From the NCBI GenBank assembly GCA_963793135.1, contig CAWBYX010000028.1, forward strand, positions 119,886 through 183,885: DNA of 64,000 bases, in the 5' to 3' direction. The position numbers were made by a program, and so were the translations under genes. Of the stretch, positions 26,188 to 34,212 are shown one piece after another. Each line of letters starts with the position of its first letter. Position 1 is the stretch's first letter. The stretch is from an uncultured Verrucomicrobiae bacterium. Its GTDB lineage: Bacteria > Verrucomicrobiota > Verrucomicrobiia > Chthoniobacterales > JAFAMB01. The notes below the pieces were generated by a model. It was not told where the DNA came from. It ran no database searches and saw only the letters and a program-made list of their open reading frames with translations.

Positions 26188-26955
26188 ATGAACAGCGATG
26201 AAGACGCTCCTGCAGAACGAGAGGCCAGCTTTCAGCCCACGCACTGGACACTCGTTCTCAAGGCGGCTCAAAGCAACACGCCCGGTGCAGCCGGTGCCTT
26301 GGGCGAGTTGTGCCAACTTTACTGGTATCCGCTCTATGTATTTGCTCGCCGCAGGGGCCGGTCTCCCGATGACGCCAAAGATCTCACCCAAGGCTTTTTT
26401 CTTCTACTACTCGACAAACGGGTACTAACGGCAGTTGATCGGCAAAAGGGTAAATTCCGCTCGTTTTTGCTGACCACGTTTCAACATTACATTTCAGGGG
26501 AGTTGGACCGTGCCCGCGCTCTGAAGCGTGGAGGCGGTTGTGAGTTCGTCTCGCTTGACTTTCAGTGCGCAGAGGGCCGCTACAAGCAAGAGCCGGCGGA
26601 CAAAACGATCACGGCCGAGCAACTTTTTGATGCCAGGTGGGCTTTAACCTTGCTGAGCCGGGCGATGAATTTGCTGCGTCAGGAATACGTTGTTCAGGGC
26701 CGCGCGGAGACTTTTGAAATCTTGAAAATATTTCTTCAGAATGGCGACACCCCTCCCTCCTACGAAGCCGCCGCAGGTGCTCTGTGCCTTGGACTTGGAG
26801 CAACCAAAACGCTCATTCACCGCCTGCGTAAGCAATACACCACGATTTTGCGAAAAGAGATTGCCCGCACCGTGTCTGATCCAGAGGAGGTGGAAACGGA
26901 AATCCATGCATTGTGCGAAGCACTCATTGCTTCCAAAGGCCAGTTGGACCCGTGA
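26188..26955 (+). CDS. ECF-type sigma-70 family factor with a long sigma2-sigma4 linker and no adjacent anti-sigma gene
   Basis: Sigma2: LYWYPLYVFARRRGRSPDDAKDLTQGFF. Sigma4 HTH: SYEAAAGALCLGLGATKTLIHRLRKQY. The N-terminal THWTLVLKA box is common in ECFs of PVC bacteria and Acidobacteria. Confidence 0.8.
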   Translation: MNSDEDAPAEREASFQPTHWTLVLKAAQSNTPGAAGALGELCQLYWYPLYVFARRRGRSPDDAKDLTQGFFLLLLDKRVLTAVDRQKGKFRSFLLTTFQHYISGELDRARALKRGGGCEFVSLDFQCAEGRYKQEPADKTITAEQLFDARWALTLLSRAMNLLRQEYVVQGRAETFEILKIFLQNGDTPPSYEAAAGALCLGLGATKTLIHRLRKQYTTILRKEIARTVSDPEEVETEIHALCEALIASKGQLDP

Positions 26956-27051
26956 CGAACCTATCGCTCGTCCACATCGTTCAGTTCTGTCGGCTGAACA
27001 TAGTTGTCAGTTCTCAGTGTCAGTTGCCACTGGAGACGGAGAGTCGAGAAA

Positions 27052-27203
27052 TCACCGTAGCTCCACTCCTGAGAGGCGTTTGCAAGTCTCGATCAGGCTT
27101 TCTTGCAGCTCTGCATCGGAGGTTTGTCGTTTCGGCGTGCGAAGCTGCATATGATAAAAATACTGGCCAGAAACCGCCGCGCGCGCCTCATCACTGACTG
27201 CCA
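27052..27203 (-). pseudogene. 3' fragment of an SDR oxidoreductase gene split by the IS21-family insertion
   Basis: Encodes (L)AVSDEARAAVSGQYFYHMQLRTPKRQTSDAELQESLIETCKRLSGVELR*, which continues the 5' fragment at 30665-31291 in frame across the duplicated 8-mer. Confidence 0.8.
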
Positions 27204-27313
27204 TGAGAGCGGTGGCGTCAAAATCGGATAAAACCAATGATTTTAAAATCGGATGGTGGATTGGGGTATGTAACGACAACGGTCGCTGTGGTTTCCGAAA
27301 AGGGGGGCGGTTG

Positions 27314-28066
27314 TCAGCTTTCGATGCGGTCTTTCATGCGGTAGCTGGAGCCTTCGATTAAAACGGTTTCGGCGTGGTGGAGGAGACGGTCGAGTACGGC
27401 GGAGGTGATAGTGCTATCACCGTTGAAGATGGTAGCCCACTGTTTGAAGGCTTTGTTGGAGGTAAGTACGATAGAACCGCGTTCATAGCGTTGGCTGATG
27501 ACCTGGAAGAGCAGATCGGCTCCGCGCTGGTCGATGGGAAGATAGCCGATCTCGTCGAGGAGCAGCAGCGCGGGTGAGAGATAGCGTTTGAGCTCGGATT
27601 TGAGCACGCCTTTAGTCTGGGCGGCACTCAAGGTGTTAATCACGTCGATAGCGTTGGCGAACAGGACGCTATAGCCGTGCTGGCACGCGGCATAGCCGAG
27701 TGCTGTGGCCAAGTGAGTTTTGCCGAGGCCAACCAGACCCAGGAAAATAACGTTGGCTTTCTCTTCGATAAAACTAAGCCGGAAGAGGTCCTGGATCTGG
27801 AGCCGATTGATTTTTTTGGGCCAGTCCCAACGGAAGCCTTCCAGGGTCTTGATGACTGGAAAACGGGCGGCTTTGATTCGCCGAGCAATCGTGCGCTGTT
27901 GACGTGCCGCGACTTCGCCCTGAAGGAGTCGACCCAGGTAGTCGAGATGGCTCCAGTGGTTGGCGGCGCTTTCGACAGCCAAGGGTTGGCAGTTTTCTTT
28001 GACACAAGTCAACTTGAGGTAATCAAGGTGCTCATTGAGCAAGAGGTCGGCAGGATTTCTAGTCAT
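27314..28066 (-). CDS. istB: IS21-family helper ATPase IstB
   Basis: Walker A GLVGLGKTHLA, Walker B LLLLDEIGY, C-terminus LDRLLHHAETVLIEGSSYR. The start MTRNPADLL at 28066 overlaps the istA stop by 8 nt. Confidence 0.9.
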   Translation of the reverse strand: MTRNPADLLLNEHLDYLKLTCVKENCQPLAVESAANHWSHLDYLGRLLQGEVAARQQRTIARRIKAARFPVIKTLEGFRWDWPKKINRLQIQDLFRLSFIEEKANVIFLGLVGLGKTHLATALGYAACQHGYSVLFANAIDVINTLSAAQTKGVLKSELKRYLSPALLLLDEIGYLPIDQRGADLLFQVISQRYERGSIVLTSNKAFKQWATIFNGDSTITSAVLDRLLHHAETVLIEGSSYRMKDRIES

Positions 28067-29969
28067 GGTTTGGGCACGATGGGGATGGTGTCTGTGAGCC
28101 TTCGTAGACGGAGAGATCGGGCTGCTCGAGTTCGACCTCGAGCAGATCTTGGCGCCTGGTGAGGTGGAGCGGGCCGGGCTGAGGGCTGAAGCGCTCGCGT
28201 TGTTGGAGGATGTTAGCGATATAGTCGCTGCTGAAGGCCTGGAACTCGAAGGAGTCTTCGATGGCGCGAGCGATTTTGTCGCAGCCATGAACCTCACTTA
28301 AAGCCATGATCTTGGCAATGTGTTGACGGGGGTTAAGGCGGTGGATCTTAAGCTGGAGGTAATACTCTTCGGCACGGGGACAGAGGCCAAAGAAGCGCAG
28401 CAGCAGTTTGGCGTCGCGTGCTGCACGGCGCTGATCGAGCAGTTCCTTGCCGTGCTCGGGATCTTCGAAGTCCTGGTGCCGGTCGTAGCTGCGGGTGTGG
28501 GTGGCGATCAGCTTCTCGCCGTGGTAGATGCAGAGCCGATCGGCAAAGGTTTTGAGTAGCAAAGGCTGGGAAGCATAAAGGCTGGGAACCGAATAGCGGT
28601 TGGTATCCAAGACCACACGGAAGCGGCTGCTGGTCGGTACAGTCCGGATGACTCCGGTGTCGGCGGGAAGCGGCGGCAACGCGTTCAAATGCGGCTTTTC
28701 CAGTGCGAAGAGTTCGATCGGTTGTTTGTGCGTTTCCCCGTGAATGCGGACATTGGCAACCGTATCCATCCAGTGGCGTGCAGCAGTGTTCAGTGCGTTC
28801 AAGCCGGGAGGCAGTTGCAGGCCGTCGAGGAAATTTTTCTTTACGTACCCGACACCGGATTCCACACGGCCTTTTTCGTTTGGCCTTCGCACGTTACAAG
28901 CACGCGGCTCGAAGCCGTAGTGTGCTGCAAAGTCCAGGTAGCGCGGATGAAAGAGCGGCCGTTCTCCAGCAGGATGCTTGAGCACAGCGGTCTTAGGATT
29001 GTCGATGAGAATTTTGGTCGGAACGCCGCCGAAAAACTCCAAAGCGTTCTGGTGAGCGGCCAGGAAGTGCTCCGTCGCTTCGCCCAGGGTAAACTCGACA
29101 TAGCACAATCGGCTGTAGCAAAGCACCATGACAAAGAAGGAGAGCCGTCGGCGAGTTGAGCCAATTGCCATCGAGCCGGCGCAGCCCCAATCGACTTGCG
29201 CGCATTCGCCCGGAGCGAACACCAGGGTCAGGAAAGCTGGCGCGCGCACGGGCCGCACTCGACGCACATAGTCTGTGAGGATGGAGATTCCGCCGGTATA
29301 AGCCTGCTCGGCACGCAGTCGTTGGAAGATTTGCGCGGCGCTATACGGATGCTGCTCCAACCAGCGCTGAATGATTGGCTTGTAAGGATCGAGCTTGCTC
29401 TTTCGCCGGGCTCTGAGGTGCTGGCAGTAGGTCTTCTGGCGCGCCCACTTTGCTACCGTCTCTTCATCGAGGTTCAACTCACGGCCGATCTGGGCAAAGC
29501 TTAAACCACGCTCCTTGTAGTAGAGCTGGATTTGACAATAAAGCTCGTAAGAGATCACGGCGAGCGGCTGCTGCTGCGCTCCTCCGGTCTCCAACATCTG
29601 GCGCAAAATCGCGCTGATGGGAAGCGTCTGGCCGGAGCGCGCAACGGGTGGTTCACTGGTCGAGGTCGGTTCCAGGCTCAAGACTTGGTAGAGCGGAGAT
29701 TCGTAAGCAATCAGACCCGCTGCCAGCAAACTGCACCGAGCCTCGCGCAACTGGGCTTCATTGAGCGAGAGCAACCGTGCCGCGGTCTTATCGGAGTAGT
29801 AACTTAAACCCTGCGCATCGGCCACCGTGACCAAGAGCAGGTAAAGCGCCAGCGCTTGAGGACCACACCGGGCGATGTGGCCATCGCGCACCAGCCGTTG
29901 ATCGATCCAACTAAAGCGGTGCGGCACATGGCGCAGCCGTTCCGGACAGAGTACCCGTTTGGTTATCAT
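28059..29969 (-). CDS. istA: IS21-family transposase IstA with an N-terminal extension of about 150 aa
   Basis: HTH (YYKERGLSFAQIGRELNLDEETVAKWAR) and a DDE integrase core (ECAQVDWG...ILIDNPKTAV...RRPNEKGRVE). A winged-helix-like extension (FSWIDQRLVRDGHI..ALALYLLLVTVADAQGLSYYSDKTAARLL) precedes them. Confidence 0.9.
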   Translation of the reverse strand: MITKRVLCPERLRHVPHRFSWIDQRLVRDGHIARCGPQALALYLLLVTVADAQGLSYYSDKTAARLLSLNEAQLREARCSLLAAGLIAYESPLYQVLSLEPTSTSEPPVARSGQTLPISAILRQMLETGGAQQQPLAVISYELYCQIQLYYKERGLSFAQIGRELNLDEETVAKWARQKTYCQHLRARRKSKLDPYKPIIQRWLEQHPYSAAQIFQRLRAEQAYTGGISILTDYVRRVRPVRAPAFLTLVFAPGECAQVDWGCAGSMAIGSTRRRLSFFVMVLCYSRLCYVEFTLGEATEHFLAAHQNALEFFGGVPTKILIDNPKTAVLKHPAGERPLFHPRYLDFAAHYGFEPRACNVRRPNEKGRVESGVGYVKKNFLDGLQLPPGLNALNTAARHWMDTVANVRIHGETHKQPIELFALEKPHLNALPPLPADTGVIRTVPTSSRFRVVLDTNRYSVPSLYASQPLLLKTFADRLCIYHGEKLIATHTRSYDRHQDFEDPEHGKELLDQRRAARDAKLLLRFFGLCPRAEEYYLQLKIHRLNPRQHIAKIMALSEVHGCDKIARAIEDSFEFQAFSSDYIANILQQRERFSPQPGPLHLTRRQDLLEVELEQPDLSVYEGSQTPSPSCPNHD

Positions 29970-30475
29970 CGTGAGAATGCGTCGTTGTGACTCCAGAGCC
30001 TCCTGCCGAGGATGTCCTGGCCTTTGCTTAGCAGCGCCCGGGTGGTCGCCGCGATGTCCTCTTGTAACGCACTACCAGTCATCATGGAGATAAGTCCCAC
30101 CATCACAGCAGGTTGCATCACCAAGACATCTTGTAACGCATCGGAGATCTCTATTCTTTTAACTTCCTCATCCTGAGCTACTTGAGTCGCACAGAGATCT
30201 TGTAACGGTTCTCGGGGTAGAGGGCTCTTTTTGCGCCAGTACCCGGGATTGCGTTTTCGCCACTCTTTGACACGCTGGCTATTTTGCGGCCCGCTGAAGT
30301 AGTTTTGGTTGTCCGGTTTTTGTGCCCAGCGGCGCTGACTTTCCGCTTTGCTCTGTCTGCGACAGGCAGGTTCTGCGCAGTAGCGCTGATGATGCAAATT
30401 GCGTCGATCCGGCAGATAGAACTCCTTGCAATGCTGGCACTTCCGCCGCGCAGAACACTTCATCGGCAAACTCAA
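29966..30475 (-). CDS. Cys-rich (zinc-ribbon-like) accessory ORF of the IS element
   Basis: CQHCKEFY...YCAEPACRRQSKAESQRRW. Its stop overlaps the istA start (ATGA), and it lies inside the element boundaries defined by the target duplication. Confidence 0.55.
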   Translation of the reverse strand: MSLPMKCSARRKCQHCKEFYLPDRRNLHHQRYCAEPACRRQSKAESQRRWAQKPDNQNYFSGPQNSQRVKEWRKRNPGYWRKKSPLPREPLQDLCATQVAQDEEVKRIEISDALQDVLVMQPAVMVGLISMMTGSALQEDIAATTRALLSKGQDILGRRLWSHNDAFSR

Positions 30476-30649
30476 GAGTTTGAGTTGCCGCTACTTCAAG
30501 CTCCCTGCCCAAGATCGAAGAAAATTAGCGCCGCGACGGAAGAAAACGGAACAAGACAGAACAAAATGAAGAAAAGTTCTTGCTTGAACCTTTGAAGAAA
30601 ATCCTGCCTTCCCGTATCCGGTTCTTAAACCGGTGAGTTTACCGGACTA

Positions 30650-31291
30650 TTAAATCGGCGCTGAGACTGCCAGCCATACCTGAGTTCGGTGGGCAGCATC
30701 CAAGTCGTCAGGAGCTCCGGGGCCACCCATTTTTGTCGGTACCCAACCTGGCTCAAGCGCGTTGGAAAAAACGTCAGGCCAGCGACGTGCGACAGCAAAG
30801 GCCAGCAGCACATCGTGGAGTTTGCTATCCGCATAAGCCTGTTGGCCTTGCCATGGTCGCCGCTCCCAAAGGAGGTCCTTCAGACTTGCATCGCCACTCT
30901 GGTGCAGGCCGGAACTCAAATAAACGAGGCGCTTTGGTCTTCGAATGAGCGCGGTCAGAATGTATGGCGCGAGGGTATTGATAGCGAACACGTGAGGTAT
31001 TCCGTCCTTCGACGCGATGCGCCGGGGTTCGCGGTATCCGACGGCCGCATTGTGAATGACCGCGTCAAATGATCCGAGGCGATTAACCTGATCGGCCACG
31101 CTCCGTGTTTCGGCAATCGTCGTCAGATCACCGATCACGACATCCTCTGCCTCGGGCACACTGGAGAGCGCCTCTTTCCCTCGTTGTTCATTTCTAGCAT
31201 GCAGGACCACGCCGTGCCCTTGTTCGACAAGTAGCTGGGCCGCCATTCGGCCGAGCCCATCGGAAGAACCTGTGATGAAAACGCGTGCCAT
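30650..31291 (-). pseudogene. 5' fragment of the SDR oxidoreductase gene split by the IS insertion (host sequence ends at 30665)
   Basis: Rossmann motif VFITGSSDGLGRMAAQ, NAAV, YADSKLH. The reading frame runs 5 codons into the IS end (..WLAV|SAPI*). Confidence 0.85.
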
Positions 31292-31389
31292 ACTTCGCTC
31301 GGATTTTTCGTTAGGATTTGTCTATGCATCGCGTCCAATCCGTCATTGCGGACGCTGCGCAAAGCCCCAAATTAGCTTAGATCATCCAT

Positions 31390-31819
31390 ATGAACATTAT
31401 TATATAGTACCGAAGTCTCGGCAACCGGTGGCCGTCATGGCCAGATCCGCAGCGAGGACGGGCTTCTTGACATGAAATTGGCCATGCCCCGTCAACTCAG
31501 CGGCAAGGGAGATGCAACGAATCCAGAGACGCTTTTCGCCGGCGGCTATGCCGCCTGCTTCGAGAACGCGCTCCTTCGCGTCAGCCGTGAGGCAGGGCTG
31601 AGATTGGCGGACGAAGACGTCGAAGTCGTTGCTGAAATTGGTCTCAGCCGCAACGAGTCGGGTGGCTTCGTCCTATCCGCCGCGCTCGAGGTCACCGTCA
31701 AAGGAGTGGACCAAAAGAAGGCCGAAGAGCTGGTTGGGTCTGCACACAAAATCTGCCCCTATTCCAATGCCATTCGTGGCAACGTCGACGTTGGCATCAC
31801 CGTTTTGGCCCATCAATAG
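31390..31819 (+). CDS. ohr: Organic hydroperoxide resistance protein (Ohr/OsmC family), apparent 1-nt frameshift at about 31398-31405
   Basis: ATG AAC ATT ATT at 31390 is out of frame by 1 with the downstream YSTEVSATGGRHGQIRSEDGLLDMKLAMPR...GGYAACF...ICPYSNA (both Ohr cysteines are present). Confidence 0.75.
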
Positions 31820-31976
31820 AAAGGCTTATAAACGCAAATCATCAGAAGCATGACATAGTTCTGAATACCGGCGCGAGGGCCTCTTGGTGAAAAGTGGCAC
31901 GGGACGATCGGAAATTTCATCGGAACGTTGCCGGTCCGTATTGACTCCGATTGTCAAGAATCTTACCCTCCGGTTC

Positions 31977-32093
31977 ATGGGTGACAAATCTCCGAAGGCC
32001 ACGCACAAACAGGCGGCGCAGAAACAGAAGGCTAGCGCTGCAAAAAAGAAAACCAACGCTCCCAGCTCAAAGCCGGTTCCAAAGCCCAAGTAG
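31977..32093 (+). CDS. Possible small Lys-rich protein (38 aa)
   Basis: MGDKSPKATHKQAAQKQKASAAKKKTNAPSSKPVPKPK. Resembles small basic proteins annotated in many genomes. Weak evidence. Confidence 0.3.
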   Translation: MGDKSPKATHKQAAQKQKASAAKKKTNAPSSKPVPKPK

Positions 32094-32254
32094 TCGCGCA
32101 GCAGGGTTTCGCTGTCGAAGTGTGGGCCACCTCCTGTGGGCCTGAGCGAGGAGTCTTTCTCCGGCGAGAGTGTGACTTAGCGATGCGGAGAGGGCGACAG
32201 ACGCTTCGCGCATCCTGAAAGGGCGATCTCGGCGCTATGAAGGGATCATAGCAT

Positions 32255-33799
32255 TCATGCTTTGGCGTTCTCCAACCTTGGAAGGATTGGGGTTGGTTTC
32301 CCAAGCACATGTCCAGACGGCAAGCCGCCCCACTGCAGGGTTCGTAAATGCCCAGCTTGCAGCTGCTGAAGGATTTTCTCACTCGCTGTCGGAATGACCG
32401 GACTGACCATGAGCGCCAGCAGTCTGACGGTCTCTGCCAACGTGTAGAGTACCGCGTCCAATAACTCCGAATGTGCCGGTTCTTTAGCTAGCTTCCAGGG
32501 CGCTTTTTGTTCTACCAAAGAGTTGGCTCTGGTCACCATCTCCCAGGCAGTTTCAAGCGCCACATTCACCTCGAACCGTTCGAAGGCGGCACGGTAACGG
32601 CCGATGACGGAGTGGCCCAGATCGCGCATTGCTTTCAGATCCGGATCGTTTAGCTCGCATGACTCGACACGGCCGTTGCGATAGCGCTGGCTCATACTGA
32701 TGGTTCGATTAACCAGGTTCCCCAGGTCATTGGCCAGATCGCTGTTGTTGCGCTGCACGAGATTCTCTTCGCTAAAATCGGAATCCTGTCCGACGATGTT
32801 ATCCCTCATCAAATAGTAGCGAAGGACATCGGCTCCGTATCTGTCGGCCAAAATAGACGGATCAACGGTGTTTCCGAGGCTCTTGCTCATCTTGGCGCCC
32901 GCCACATTCCACCACCCGTGGACGATCAATCTCGGCATTTGCTCGTCCGAAAAACCCATCGCGTGGAGCATGATCGGCCAATAGATACCGTGGGCTGGAA
33001 CTAGGATGTCTTTTCCTATGACATGCGCCTGGCAGGGCCAGAGCTCGTTGAAATTGGGTAGGCTTGGATCGTTATCGGAAAGATAACCAGCAAAGGAAAT
33101 ATAGTTCAAAAGCGCGTCGAACCAGACAAAGGTGACATAATTCGGGTCGAACGGAAATTCTATGCCCCAGGAAAGCCGCTCCTTTGGCCGTGAGACGCAT
33201 AGATCACCTGAAAGGCGCTCAATCGCGTTGAGCAATTCGGTTCGGCGCCACTGCGGGACTACGAAATCGGGGTGTGTTTCAACGAAGTTTCTGAGCCAGC
33301 CCTTGTGTTTTACGAGAGGGAAATACCAGTTCTCTTCCTCCAGAAGAACGACCTCTCCCCACTCGGATCCAAATTCACCCGCCTCGTTTCTTTCTTTGTC
33401 AGTCAGAAATTGTTCTTGTCGGACGCTGTAATACCCGGAGTACTTTGCCTTAGTCAACTCGCCCTTTTCATGAAGGGACTGCAGAACTCGCTGAACGGTC
33501 CTTTGATGTCTCGGATCAGTTGTTGCTGCCCAGCCGTCGTTTTGAATGCCGAGCTTGTCCCAGAGGGCGAGAAACTTCTCCGTGACCTCTTGCGCAAACT
33601 TCATGGGCTCGATCCCACGCTTTTGAGCCGCCTGCTGAACCTTTTGCCCATGTTGATCGACCCCGGTCAAAAAGAAAGTCGGTCCGTCAAAAGCTCGATG
33701 GTACCTGGCGATAACGTCGGTCAGGATCTTCTCGTAGGCGTGCCCGATGTGCGGCTCGCCGTTTGTATAGTCAATTGCAGTTGTAATGAAGTACTTCAC
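32255..33799 (-). CDS. metG: Methionine--tRNA ligase
   Basis: HIGHAYE and KMSKSLGN motifs. A GTG start at 33799 (VKYFITTAIDY...) lies 5 nt after the upstream TPR gene stop. The track's longer N-terminus is probably spurious. Confidence 0.93.
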   Translation of the reverse strand: MKYFITTAIDYTNGEPHIGHAYEKILTDVIARYHRAFDGPTFFLTGVDQHGQKVQQAAQKRGIEPMKFAQEVTEKFLALWDKLGIQNDGWAATTDPRHQRTVQRVLQSLHEKGELTKAKYSGYYSVRQEQFLTDKERNEAGEFGSEWGEVVLLEEENWYFPLVKHKGWLRNFVETHPDFVVPQWRRTELLNAIERLSGDLCVSRPKERLSWGIEFPFDPNYVTFVWFDALLNYISFAGYLSDNDPSLPNFNELWPCQAHVIGKDILVPAHGIYWPIMLHAMGFSDEQMPRLIVHGWWNVAGAKMSKSLGNTVDPSILADRYGADVLRYYLMRDNIVGQDSDFSEENLVQRNNSDLANDLGNLVNRTISMSQRYRNGRVESCELNDPDLKAMRDLGHSVIGRYRAAFERFEVNVALETAWEMVTRANSLVEQKAPWKLAKEPAHSELLDAVLYTLAETVRLLALMVSPVIPTASEKILQQLQAGHLRTLQWGGLPSGHVLGKPTPILPRLENAKA

Positions 33800-33803
33800 T
33801 CGG

Positions 33804-34181
33804 TCAGTCGCGCACGATTTTGCCACCCCAGGATAAGATGCGAGCCTTTGCTCCCGCTGCCTCTGCCTCTTTGATCTGGCTATTGCGAACGTAGAAGAGC
33901 GAAAGGCTGGACCAGGCAAGTTGGTCGTTTGGCCGAAGCTCGACCGCCTTCTTACCGGCCTCGATTGCCTCGGGGTAGTTCCCGTTTTTCATCAATGTCA
34001 TCCCAAGCGCATGCCATCCGTCGAAGAAGGCCGGAAATTGACCGACGCATTGGCGATATTTTTCGATCGCAGCTGGCAGTTCGCCAATCGCCAGTTCTCC
34101 GTTAGCGTCGTCAAAGAGCTCTTCAATTTCTGCGGGAATGTCGTCCATTCGTTCCTTGTGCGCGAAAATCTCACGGGCCAA
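33804..34181 (-). CDS. Small TPR-repeat protein
   Basis: TPR-like helices (..WHALGMTLMKNGNYPEAIEAGKKAVELRPNDQLAWSSLSLFY..). Confidence 0.6.
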   Translation of the reverse strand: MAREIFAHKERMDDIPAEIEELFDDANGELAIGELPAAIEKYRQCVGQFPAFFDGWHALGMTLMKNGNYPEAIEAGKKAVELRPNDQLAWSSLSLFYVRNSQIKEAEAAGAKARILSWGGKIVRD

Positions 34182-34212
34182 AGCACTCGTAAGATTTTCG
34201 CGCTAGATGCTC

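Larger units (their letters stand above)
27204..30664 (-). mobile_element. IS21-family insertion sequence (3461 bp, three ORFs) flanked by the 8-bp direct repeat GACTGCCA (27196-27203 and 30665-30672)
   Basis: Overlapping istA/istB genes. The host SDR reading frame is exactly restored when 27204-30672 is removed. Terminal inverted-repeat similarity is only weak by eye (TGAGAGCGG vs TCAGCGCCG). Subterminal AATCGGAT/ATCCGGTT motifs are present. Confidence 0.85.
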
